This document shows, piece after piece, positions 37,200 through 45,598 of a stretch of 64,000 bases of DNA. The notes beneath the pieces are model-generated. The model worked only from the letters and a program-made list of their open reading frames with translations. It did not search any database and was not told the origin of the DNA. The stretch is from an uncultured Verrucomicrobiota bacterium. Lineage in GTDB: Bacteria; Verrucomicrobiota; Verrucomicrobiia; Palsa-1439; CAZOTB01. Both the position numbers and the translations under genes were made by a program. The DNA is taken from NCBI GenBank assembly GCA_964582645.1, contig CAZOTB010000001.1, positions 2,845 through 66,844 on the forward strand, written 5' to 3'. Within the stretch, counting starts at the first letter, position 1. Every line of letters begins with the position of its first letter.

Positions 37200-37255
37200 T
37201 CACGAAATTTCGCGAACGTCGCTCACGAATTCTCGTGAACCACGAAATGTCGTGA
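37200..37255. promoter_or_regulatory. Three tandem 16 bp inverted repeats (TCACGA-N4-TCGTGA), candidate upstream activator/operator sites
   Basis: TCACGAAATTTCGCGA (37200-37215), TCACGAATTCTCGTGA (37223-37238), CCACGAAATGTCGTGA (37240-37255). They lie in the 202 bp gap between the sigma54-activator gene and the SBP56 gene. Confidence 0.45.
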
Positions 37256-37391
37256 CGCTCCCGTCAGTGCCCGACTTTCACGGAAGCCCCGTCTTTATTG
37301 GCGAATCCGCACTTTCGCTCCCGCTGGCACGATGCGTGTTAATGGTCTTTGCCGGAGCATGAACGAAACAAAACAAAGAAAGGAAAGTGTC

Positions 37392-38726
37392 ATGAATCAG
37401 CCCCTTGTTTGGAAACGGATCGGAGCAACGCGCGCACTCGGCTTCGCGATTCTCGCTGCCGCTTTCATCGCTCAACCATCACTTCTCCGCGCCGACGAGA
37501 CGTGCATGTCGCCGTACATGGCGAAGATCACCGGCCAGGAGGATTACGTGTATGTCTGGACGCTCGGCGTCGAAGGACTCGGCGACGGCTCGGACAAACT
37601 GGTCACCATTGATGCGCACCCCGCCTCGCCGACGTACGGCAAGGTGATCCACAGCGTGTCGGTGGGCGGACGGCACGAGGCGCACCACGGCGGGTTCACC
37701 GATGACCGCCGGCTGTTCTGGCTGTCGGGTCTCGACACAAGCCGCATTTTCATCTTCGACATTCGCACCGATCCCGGCAAACCGAAGCTCATCAAGACGA
37801 TTACAGATTTCACGAAAGCCACCGGCGGCGCGGTCGGGCCGCACGGCATCTACGCCATGCCGGGGCGCGTGATCATCCCGTGTCTCTCGAACGACAAGGA
37901 TCGAAACGGACGCACCGCTTTCGTCGAGTACACCAACGAGGGCAACTACATCGCCACGCACTGGATGCCCACCGACGACAACCCGCGCGGCGCGAAGATC
38001 GAAAAGGTTGCCGACGGGTACGGCTACGACCTGCGCGTGTTGCCGCGAAAAAACGTCATGCTCAGTTCGTCATTCACGGGTTGGAACAACTACATGATGG
38101 ACTTTGGCAAGATGCTCGCCGACCCGGAGGCGATGAAGCGGTTCGGGCAAACGATGGTGCTCTGGAATCTGCACACGCGCCAACCGCGCCAGGTGTTCCA
38201 CGTGCCCGGCGCGCCGCTCGAAGTGCGTTGGGCGTGGGGTGCGCGGAACAATTACGCGTTCACTGCCGCGGCGCTCACGGCGAAGCTCTGGCTCGTCTAT
38301 GAAGATACCGACGGCGAGTGGAAAGCGAAGGCCGTCGCGGACATTGGCGATCCGGCCAAAATCCCGCTCCCCGTGGACATCAGCATCAGCGCCGACGACA
38401 AGACGCTGTTTGTGTGCACGTTCATGGACGGCAAATGCCGTGTGTTCGACGTGTCCGACCCGCATCAGCCGCGACAGACTTACGAGGAAGTGATCGGCAA
38501 ACAGGTCAACATGGTTTCGCAAAGCTGGGACGGCAAGCGGCTGTACTTCACCACTTCGCTGCTCGCCAATTGGGACAAGAAGGGCGCGGACAACGACCAG
38601 TTCATCAAAGCGTACGATTGGGACGGCAAGAAGCTCACGCAGCGGTTCGCGATCGATTTCACTGAAGCCAAGCTCGGCCGCGCTCACATCATGCGGTTCG
38701 GCGCGAAGAGTCTTTATGCGGATTAA
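37392..38726 (+). CDS. Selenium-binding-protein (SBP56) family protein, secreted; methanethiol-oxidase (MtoX)-like
   Basis: Signal peptide, then TCMSPYMAKITGQEDYVYVWTLG...HHGGF...YDWDGKKL, typical of the SBP56 beta-propeller family. ATG at 37392 with AAAGGAAAG RBS. Confidence 0.8.
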   Translation: MNQPLVWKRIGATRALGFAILAAAFIAQPSLLRADETCMSPYMAKITGQEDYVYVWTLGVEGLGDGSDKLVTIDAHPASPTYGKVIHSVSVGGRHEAHHGGFTDDRRLFWLSGLDTSRIFIFDIRTDPGKPKLIKTITDFTKATGGAVGPHGIYAMPGRVIIPCLSNDKDRNGRTAFVEYTNEGNYIATHWMPTDDNPRGAKIEKVADGYGYDLRVLPRKNVMLSSSFTGWNNYMMDFGKMLADPEAMKRFGQTMVLWNLHTRQPRQVFHVPGAPLEVRWAWGARNNYAFTAAALTAKLWLVYEDTDGEWKAKAVADIGDPAKIPLPVDISISADDKTLFVCTFMDGKCRVFDVSDPHQPRQTYEEVIGKQVNMVSQSWDGKRLYFTTSLLANWDKKGADNDQFIKAYDWDGKKLTQRFAIDFTEAKLGRAHIMRFGAKSLYAD

Positions 38727-38818
38727 GGAGGAACGAACCATGTACCAGCTCATTACATCGCTCATGTCGCTCCCGCAGTGCGCCGTAGCGGCAATCAAAG
38801 ACTCCCCCTCACCTTTAT

Positions 38819-38893
38819 CCTCTCCCCCGGTGGGGAGAGGAAACAACCACGAGCACGCATTCGAGATGATCTCCTCTCCCCTTGGGGGAGAGG
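38819..38893. repeat. Two tandem copies of hairpin CCTCTCCCC-loop-GGGGAGAGG downstream of the SBP56 gene
   Basis: CCTCTCCCCCGGTGGGGAGAGG (38819-38840) and CCTCTCCCCTTGGGGGAGAGG (38873-38893); no U-tract follows either. Confidence 0.4.
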
Positions 38894-39060
38894 GCAGGGT
38901 GAGGGGTGCTGCTCGAAGTCCTCGCAGCTCACAAATCAACTCAGAGGTAGCCGGCCAGATGCGTCGCAACTCCGTTAGGAGCGTAATGTTTATAGCACGT
39001 CGTCTATCAGAATGGTCCAAGCCCCGTCAGGGGCGGCATGTGAAGCGCCACACGCAATCC

Positions 39061-39882
39061 ATGTCGCTCCATACGGAGCTTCAACCGGCGTTGCGCGGAC
39101 AAACCATAAACAGGTCGCCCCTGACGGGGCTCGTGCGATCGGTGCGGTGGGTCGCCGTTTGGTTCGTGGCGATCTTCTCCGCACTGGGCATGTTGGCATC
39201 GGGTGAGCAGAATCAGAAAGCCAACGCGCTTCCGGAGTTGGCCTTGGGTCGCACAGTCCTGCACGACTACGATCCGCCGAAGCCGGGCAGCTACGAGTTG
39301 CCCGCGATCAAGCTCGCGGCCGACGGCGCGATCCTCGGCGAAGACGGCAAGGCGCACCGGCTCCGCGAGATGTTCGACGGCAAGATCAGTGTGCTGGCGT
39401 TCATCTACACGCGTTGCACCGATCCGCGCGCGTGCCCGTACGCGACGCGCGTGCTGTACCAACTCCACCAGGTCAGCGGCGAAGACCCGGTCCTCGCCAA
39501 GAACCTGCACCTGGTCACGATGAGCTTCGATCCCGCGCATGACACGCCCGAGGTGATGTCGAAGTTCAAGAATCGCTACGAGCCGGAGCGACCGGGCGCG
39601 AAGTGGTCGTACCTGACCACCCAGCGGGCCGAGGACATCAAGGCGATCCTCGACGCGTATGGCCAGGCCGTGGATCGAAAGAAGAATGCAAACTCAGAAT
39701 CTGGCCCGTTCTTCCATCAACTGCGGGTGTACCTCGTGGACCGCAAGGGGATGATCCGCAACATCTACAGCTACGAGTTGCTCGATCCCCGGCTGGTCGT
39801 GACGGACATCCGCACGCTGTTACTGGAGGAACAGGCCAAGACAAGCGTGGCCGCAATGCGCCACGAGAACTACATAAAATAA
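39061..39882 (+). CDS. SCO1/SenC-family thioredoxin-like copper chaperone (membrane-anchored)
   Basis: C-terminal part of ORF 38716..39882: TM WVAVWFVAIFSALGMLASG, then ISVLAFIYTRCTDPRACPY (Cys pair, C-x5-C variant) ... HLVTMSFDPAHDTP. Start uncertain (ATG 39061 or a downstream GTG); the upstream part of the long ORF is hairpin-rich and probably non-coding. Confidence 0.65.
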   Translation: MSLHTELQPALRGQTINRSPLTGLVRSVRWVAVWFVAIFSALGMLASGEQNQKANALPELALGRTVLHDYDPPKPGSYELPAIKLAADGAILGEDGKAHRLREMFDGKISVLAFIYTRCTDPRACPYATRVLYQLHQVSGEDPVLAKNLHLVTMSFDPAHDTPEVMSKFKNRYEPERPGAKWSYLTTQRAEDIKAILDAYGQAVDRKKNANSESGPFFHQLRVYLVDRKGMIRNIYSYELLDPRLVVTDIRTLLLEEQAKTSVAAMRHENYIK

Positions 39883-39903
39883 CAACCAGAAAGGAATGCA
39901 GTC

Positions 39904-40473
39904 ATGACAACACAGAAACAAGTCAACGGCGTCAACGTGGAGCAATTGTTCCAGACGATTGATGCCATCAAGGTCACGCCCAAGATCGCGAAGTTCAAGT
40001 TCAGTGCGAAGAACCAGTGGCAGGGCGGCGGCCACAATCGCACCACCATCAACGAGTTCGAGGGCGCTTGCCAGCGGCACGCGCGGAAAGAGCCGTTCGT
40101 GTTGGACAATGACGAGCCGCCCGTCCTGCTCGGCAAGGACATCGGCGCGAACCCGGTCGAGCAGGTCTTGCACGCGCTCGCCGGTTGCCTGACGAGTTCG
40201 CTCGTCTATCACGCCGCCGCGCGCGGTATCAAACTCGACGAGGTCGAGTCCACCTACGAAGGCGACCTCGATCTGCACGGTTTCCTCGGACTCGATCCGA
40301 AGGTGCGCAACGGCTACGAGCAGCTCCGCGTCACGTTCAAAGTGAAAGGCGACGCGCCGCCGGAGAAGCTGCAGGAACTCGTCGAGCTCGCGCAGAAGCG
40401 TTCGCCGGTCTTCGACATCGTCACCCACGGCGTGCCGGTCAAGGTCACGCTGGCGAAAAGAAACTCGCAATGA
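39904..40473 (+). CDS. OsmC/Ohr-family peroxiredoxin-like protein
   Basis: 189 aa; [19 protein letters not shown] and the C-terminal pattern are typical of OsmC. RBS AAAGGAATG. Confidence 0.8.
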   Translation: MTTQKQVNGVNVEQLFQTIDAIKVTPKIAKFKFSAKNQWQGGGHNRTTINEFEGACQRHARKEPFVLDNDEPPVLLGKDIGANPVEQVLHALAGCLTSSLVYHAAARGIKLDEVESTYEGDLDLHGFLGLDPKVRNGYEQLRVTFKVKGDAPPEKLQELVELAQKRSPVFDIVTHGVPVKVTLAKRNSQ

Positions 40474-40886
40474 AGAACATGGCCATCGTGGTTCGCGACG
40501 ACGGGTTCGACAAGCTGCTCACGCCGCTGACGTTCGCATTCGTCCAGGCACGAAAGGGCGTCCAGGTGGACATCCTTTTCGTGCTCTGGGCAGTGCGGGC
40601 GTTGACGGAAGCTGGGTTGCGGTCGCTCAAAGTGAGTGGCTCGCATGCTGCCGAGGAAGCGTGGCTCAAGGAGAAGCTGGCGCGGGAGGGCGATCCGACC
40701 GACATCCACGAGTTCCTCAAGCTGCTCAAGAGCACGCGCAACGTGAGGCTTTATGGTTGCCGGTTGGCGGCCGCTACGTTCGAGGTCAATGAGTCCAACC
40801 TGATCCCCGAAGCAGATGGCATCGTGGACTCGGGTTGGTTCTTGAACGAGAAAGCGGTCCCGGCAGACCACTGCCAGTACTTCTGA
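40470..40886 (+). CDS. DsrE/DsrF-like (YchN-fold) sulfur-relay family protein
   Basis: ATG 40470 overlaps the osmC stop (ATGA). [45 protein letters not shown] resembles DsrE-family proteins. Confidence 0.6.
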   Translation: MKNMAIVVRDDGFDKLLTPLTFAFVQARKGVQVDILFVLWAVRALTEAGLRSLKVSGSHAAEEAWLKEKLAREGDPTDIHEFLKLLKSTRNVRLYGCRLAAATFEVNESNLIPEADGIVDSGWFLNEKAVPADHCQYF

Positions 40887-40893
40887 ACAGGCA

Positions 40894-42195
40894 ATGACGG
40901 AGGATCATCCCATGCAAGCAACTCAACTCCCACCCGGCTTCAATGACCTGATGAAGTTCGGCTTGGTCGAAGCCCTCCTCGGACGCCGCTCGCGGCGATT
41001 CTTTCGCGGCGCGGAAATCCCGGATGGGCCGTTGGCATACAAATCCAAGCATCCGCCCATGCCGTTGTCTGAGTTGGAAAAACAACTCGTCGTCATGGCG
41101 TGCGGCGGCAACACCGGCTGGCACGACATGATCTACCGGGCCCAGCGTTACGCGCCGCACCTCTCGAACTACTCCGGCGCGGCGGGCGGGCGGGCGTTTC
41201 CCTCGGCGGCGGGATTCCACACCAGCAAAACGTTCTTCACGGACGACGACGGCGTGTACGTGCTCGACGTCCGCGACGAACCCGCGCAGGCGGAACGCGA
41301 TGAGGATGGATCGCTCGATCTGGAGACGCTGCTCGCAGCGAACCGTCGCCACATCCGCAAACTATGGGACGGTCGGCTCGGCCTCCCGGCGGAAGTGCCG
41401 TTCACCGAGGCGCACAACACCTGGGTGGCGAACCAGCCGGGAACGCTGCTGGTCATGCCCGTGGGAGATTTGTCGCAGCACGTGCTGCTCGCAATCTGTT
41501 ACATGCTCCAAAACGGACTGGTTCTTACCGATGACATCAATCGCCGTTCCATCCCGGGCATCGAGAAGTTCAGTGGTATCGTGGACGTGAGCAAGACGTG
41601 GCCGATCACGTTCGTCGAACAATGGTCGCTGGCCGAGTTGACGGTCGAACTCGGCACGAGCTGTTACGCGGGTGCGCTCGTGCTGCAATCCATGGGGCTC
41701 GGTGGCTGGATGTTCAACGGACTCGATCCATGGTCGGTGCTCGGCGCGAGCGGCGACCCGCGCGTGCCCGGATTGAAATTCCGCTACGACACCAACGACC
41801 GCTGGCCGTACCCGAACCCGACCGGCCTCGCGGGCGTGATGGAAGGATACTGTCCGCCGCATTACCCGAATATGCGCGCGGCGGTGGACGCGCTGTGCGA
41901 GCGCAAATTCGGCAAGGGCGGCCCGTTCCACGCCGGGACGCCCGGCCCGTGGAAGGATTCGGCAGGCGTTCGCTCCTCGGCGCAGGTCCACAGCGAGGAA
42001 TTTCGGGAATGCGTGGCTCTCCAGGCGCAGTATATCTACGACACCTTCGGCAAATTCCCCGGCACCGTCGCATCCATGTTTGTGATCATGTACCTCCAGG
42101 CGCATCATCTCGACCTGGAGTTCTACGACAAGTTCTACAAACCCGGCTCATACCTGCGGACGCATGCCGAGCACATGGAGCGATGGCACTCATAG
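40894..42195 (+). CDS. Nitroreductase-superfamily protein, SagB-type dehydrogenase-like
   Basis: RRSRRFF ... GRAFPSAAGFHT (SagB-like R..PSAG motif) ... second half SCYAGALVLQSMGLGGWMFNG (nitroreductase-like). Function unknown. Confidence 0.5.
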   Translation: MTEDHPMQATQLPPGFNDLMKFGLVEALLGRRSRRFFRGAEIPDGPLAYKSKHPPMPLSELEKQLVVMACGGNTGWHDMIYRAQRYAPHLSNYSGAAGGRAFPSAAGFHTSKTFFTDDDGVYVLDVRDEPAQAERDEDGSLDLETLLAANRRHIRKLWDGRLGLPAEVPFTEAHNTWVANQPGTLLVMPVGDLSQHVLLAICYMLQNGLVLTDDINRRSIPGIEKFSGIVDVSKTWPITFVEQWSLAELTVELGTSCYAGALVLQSMGLGGWMFNGLDPWSVLGASGDPRVPGLKFRYDTNDRWPYPNPTGLAGVMEGYCPPHYPNMRAAVDALCERKFGKGGPFHAGTPGPWKDSAGVRSSAQVHSEEFRECVALQAQYIYDTFGKFPGTVASMFVIMYLQAHHLDLEFYDKFYKPGSYLRTHAEHMERWHS

Positions 42196-43113
42196 CGGTG
42201 GCGGCGGGCGACCCGGACCTCCCCGGCCGCGCGGCGGACCGTGCTTGAAAAAACTTTCGTCGGGCGTGCCTTTCCACTGGCGCGGGATGAACGGGAACGT
42301 ATCCGTCACGTGGTAGTGATAGTTCCCTTGCGGAAACTCGGGCGTGACACCAAAGCGCCCGTTGCATTCGTCGAGGTCGCCCGCACCGGCAGCGTACTCG
42401 TAGTCGGCAACGAACGATCCGTCGTATTTGCCACCGGGGCCGCCGGAGCGCTGGCCGCTCTTGAGCCGGTAGCTCGATCTCACCTTCGTGAGTGGACTCT
42501 TGGCGTCCTTCGCATCGCTGTAACCCCACTGGGCGTAGATCGGAAACCCATCGGCAGCCCAGCCGATGAGCACCATCCTCGGTTGACCGCCCGTGAGTTT
42601 GGTGATGAGCCCGGTCGGCACGCCATGATAGTGATACGCGCCGGTCGGTTGCACGTGGGCGTTGTTCTGGTCAATGCCGAGCGGCACCGCGCCGGACATC
42701 GCCTCGTATTGCCAGCCCGAACTCCGATCGTTGTGCCACCATTCCGCGGCGCCGGGATCGAATACGACTCCGTTCAGCGCGACGCCGAACAATTGCATCC
42801 GCAACGGCGTCGGCTTCGACGCGACCTTGGGGTTGGTCATCACGCGGAAGGTGTACTGCTGTGGCGCAATCCGGTTTGGATTGCCGCGATTGGGAAACTG
42901 TCCCGTCTCGTGATCGGGAATACCGTTCGAGCGAATCACTCGCTGGTCGCCCTGAATCGTGATCGAAACCTGGTTTCGCGCGCTCGTTTCCGCCGGGGTT
43001 ATAATTGTCGGGTCCGTCGGGTCGTCATCGTGACCGGGGTGTGCGAACCCTCGGACTGCGCCGATGCAGAGATGGATTGCGACGGAGTAATGAAGCAAGT
43101 GAGCGGTGCGCAT
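42190..43113 (-). CDS. YHYH-domain secreted protein (predicted metal-binding)
   Basis: Motifs GAYHYHG and GNYHYHV; signal peptide from the internal ATG at 43113 (MRTAHLLHYSVAIHLCIGAVRGFA). The upstream extension of the listed ORF looks non-coding. Confidence 0.7.
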   Translation of the reverse strand: MRTAHLLHYSVAIHLCIGAVRGFAHPGHDDDPTDPTIITPAETSARNQVSITIQGDQRVIRSNGIPDHETGQFPNRGNPNRIAPQQYTFRVMTNPKVASKPTPLRMQLFGVALNGVVFDPGAAEWWHNDRSSGWQYEAMSGAVPLGIDQNNAHVQPTGAYHYHGVPTGLITKLTGGQPRMVLIGWAADGFPIYAQWGYSDAKDAKSPLTKVRSSYRLKSGQRSGGPGGKYDGSFVADYEYAAGAGDLDECNGRFGVTPEFPQGNYHYHVTDTFPFIPRQWKGTPDESFFKHGPPRGRGGPGRPPPPL

Positions 43114-43219
43114 GGCGTTTGCCTCTTTGTGCCATTCCCACCGATCGTAGGTCGAGCAAATCTGATCGCCAACCCGGCACATCTCATGTAAGGAAACCTC
43201 GGAGACGGATACTAATAGG

Positions 43220-45598
43220 TTGCGCATCGAAAAGGTGATGACGATCCTCAAACCGTTTGTCCGCTACATGCATTGGTTGCACACCCGCTGGCCCGCGGGC
43301 GGGGTCGAAAGACTGCCCGAGGTCGGCGAAGACGGGGCCACCTCCGTACCGGGCGTGCGCATCGTCGGCGATCTGACCGGCGTCCCGCTGTTGAAATTCT
43401 CCGCCGACACGGGTGCGCGTGCGGTGCAAGCCATCGTGAGGGAGATGCAGAAGGATGGAAGTGTGGAAGAATGGAAGGATGCGGGGGGCCAATCTTCCCC
43501 CCTCGATCTCGCCATCATCGGCGCCGGCGTCTCCGGCATCTCGGCGGCGCTCGAGGCGAAGAAAGCAGGCTTGCGTTTCCAGGTGTTCGAGGCGGTGCAG
43601 AATTTCTCCACCATCGTCAACTTCCCAAAAGGCAAACCGATCTACACCTACCCGACCGAGATGAAGCCGGCAGGGGAAATGAAGTTGAGCGCGAATGTGA
43701 AGGAGGCGTTGCTCGAGGAACTCGACGCGCAACGAAAGGCTGCCGGCATCGAACCGGTGCGTCAACGAATCGAGCGGATCGAGCGCAAGAGCGGGGAGCT
43801 GCTGTTGGTTGTAGCGGCCGCCGGCCCTGGCGGCAGGGGGAAAGACAATGCCACCGGGACGGCTGCTACTACAACTGTCCGCGCGCGCCACGTCATCGTC
43901 GCCATTGGACGCAGCGGCAACTACCGCAAGCTCGGCGTTCCGGACGAACAACTCGACAAAGTCTATAATCGCCTCTACGACCCGAAGGAGTACGCCGGCA
44001 AGCACGCCCTCGTCGTGGGCGGCGGCGATTCGGCCATGGAAACCGCCATCGCCCTCGCGACCTGCGGTGCGCACGTCGTGTTGAGCTATCGCGGCAAGGA
44101 GTTCTCGCGTCCCAAGCCCGGGAACATCGAGAAGATTCGCATGCTGGAACAAAATCCCTCGGCCGAAGTTGCGGTCGAGCGTCCTAGCTCCGACCGCGTC
44201 ACCACGGCTGCCGGCTCGCAGATGCGCGGAGACAAGCCTGCCGGCTCGTTGCGGTTGATGCTCGGCTCGAATGTGAAAGAAGTCCGCTCTGATACTGTCA
44301 CGATCAAGGACGCCGACGGACGGGAAGCCCCGCTCAATAACGATGTCGTCTTTATCATGATCGGCCGGGAAGCCCCGCTCGATTTCTTCCGTCGCTCCGG
44401 CATCGCCATCCGCGGGGAATGGACGGCGAAACGGTGGATCAGTTTCGGTCTCTTTTTTGCCGCGTGCGTGTTCCTCTACAACTGGAAGTCGGGCGGCGAC
44501 CTCAATCAACTGTTCAAAACCCGCCATTGGTTTCCGTACAACCTCGCATCGGTCACGCTGAGCGAGCCGGGCTTCTACTACTCACTGGCGTACTGCACGT
44601 GCGTGGTGCTGTTCGGGCTGGATCGGATGCGCCGACGCAAGACGCCGTACATCAAAGCCCAGACAGTGACGCTGATGGCGGTACAACTGATCCCACTGTT
44701 TCTGTTGCCCTACTTCATCCTGCCGGCAATGGGCTACGCAGGCTGGTTCGATACCGGCCTCGGCAAGACCATCGCGGACAATCTGTTCCCCGCGGCCAAC
44801 TACGGCCACGGCCGGGAATACTGGCGTGCGTTCGGCTTCATCCTCGCATGGCCGTTGTTCATCTGGAACTTCTTCACCTACCAACCGATGTGGTGGTGGC
44901 TCGTCATCGGGTTCGTCCAGACGTTCGTGATCATCCCCTTGATGATCTGGCGCTGGGGCAAAGGCGCGTATTGCGGCTGGGTCTGTTCCTGTGGCGCGCT
45001 GGCGGAAACGCTCGGCGACCGGCATCGCACCAAGATGCCCCACGGCCCACTCTGGAATCGGCTCAACATGATCGGCCAGATCGTGCTCGCCGTCGCGCTG
45101 CTATTGTTCGCGCTGCGGATCGTCGGTTGGATTTGGCCGGGCGGCAGAGCGGATCAAATCTATGGCGGACTGCTCTCGGGTTGGTCGCTGCTCGGCGTTC
45201 AACTCAACTACTATCACGTCGTGGACATCTTCCTGGCGGGCATCGTTGGAGTGGGGATGTATTTCTGGTTCAGCGGACGCGTCTGGTGCCGGTTCGCCTG
45301 TCCGCTCGCGGCGCTGATGCACATCTACGCGCGGTTCTCGCGTTTCCGCATCTTCCCCGAGAAATCGAAGTGCATTTCCTGCAACGTTTGCACCAGCGTC
45401 TGCCATCAGGGCATTGACATCATGAATTTCGCGAACAAGGGCCTGCCGATGCAGGACCCGGAGTGCGTGCGTTGCTCAGCCTGCGTGCAGGAATGCCCCA
45501 CCGGCACGCTGGCATTCGGACGGTTCGGTGACGACGGAAAAATCGTCTTGGACCACATCGCCGCTTCTCCCGTGCGCATGCGGGAAATGAAGAGATGA
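43220..45598 (+). CDS. Fusion protein: cytoplasmic FAD/NAD(P)-binding pyridine-nucleotide-disulfide-type oxidoreductase (YpdA/TrxB-like) plus C-terminal NapH/MauN-like membrane domain with two 4Fe-4S ferredoxin motifs
   Basis: DLAIIGAGVSGISAALEA and ALVVGGGDSAMETA (two Rossmann GxGxxG/A); then ~8 TM with CGWVCSCGA; then CISCNVCTSVCHQG and CVRCSACVQECPTG (CxxCxxCxxxCP). Confidence 0.7.
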   Translation: MRIEKVMTILKPFVRYMHWLHTRWPAGGVERLPEVGEDGATSVPGVRIVGDLTGVPLLKFSADTGARAVQAIVREMQKDGSVEEWKDAGGQSSPLDLAIIGAGVSGISAALEAKKAGLRFQVFEAVQNFSTIVNFPKGKPIYTYPTEMKPAGEMKLSANVKEALLEELDAQRKAAGIEPVRQRIERIERKSGELLLVVAAAGPGGRGKDNATGTAATTTVRARHVIVAIGRSGNYRKLGVPDEQLDKVYNRLYDPKEYAGKHALVVGGGDSAMETAIALATCGAHVVLSYRGKEFSRPKPGNIEKIRMLEQNPSAEVAVERPSSDRVTTAAGSQMRGDKPAGSLRLMLGSNVKEVRSDTVTIKDADGREAPLNNDVVFIMIGREAPLDFFRRSGIAIRGEWTAKRWISFGLFFAACVFLYNWKSGGDLNQLFKTRHWFPYNLASVTLSEPGFYYSLAYCTCVVLFGLDRMRRRKTPYIKAQTVTLMAVQLIPLFLLPYFILPAMGYAGWFDTGLGKTIADNLFPAANYGHGREYWRAFGFILAWPLFIWNFFTYQPMWWWLVIGFVQTFVIIPLMIWRWGKGAYCGWVCSCGALAETLGDRHRTKMPHGPLWNRLNMIGQIVLAVALLLFALRIVGWIWPGGRADQIYGGLLSGWSLLGVQLNYYHVVDIFLAGIVGVGMYFWFSGRVWCRFACPLAALMHIYARFSRFRIFPEKSKCISCNVCTSVCHQGIDIMNFANKGLPMQDPECVRCSACVQECPTGTLAFGRFGDDGKIVLDHIAASPVRMREMKR

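Noticed and set aside
37325-37343. TGGCACGATGCGTGTTAAT as a sigma54 -24/-12 promoter for the SBP56 gene
   Set aside because: The -24 TGGCAC is good, but no GC dinucleotide lies 10 nt downstream of the GG (it reads GT/TT). Without a -12 element the call is not supportable. The promoter class is left open.
38716-39060. N-terminal 115 aa of ORF 38716..39882 (MRIKEERTMYQL...PLSSPPVGRGNNHE...) as part of the SCO1 protein
   Set aside because: This stretch is encoded by tandem hairpin repeats and has no signal/TM logic before the real TM at ~39140. It is more likely a non-coding spacer read through by chance.
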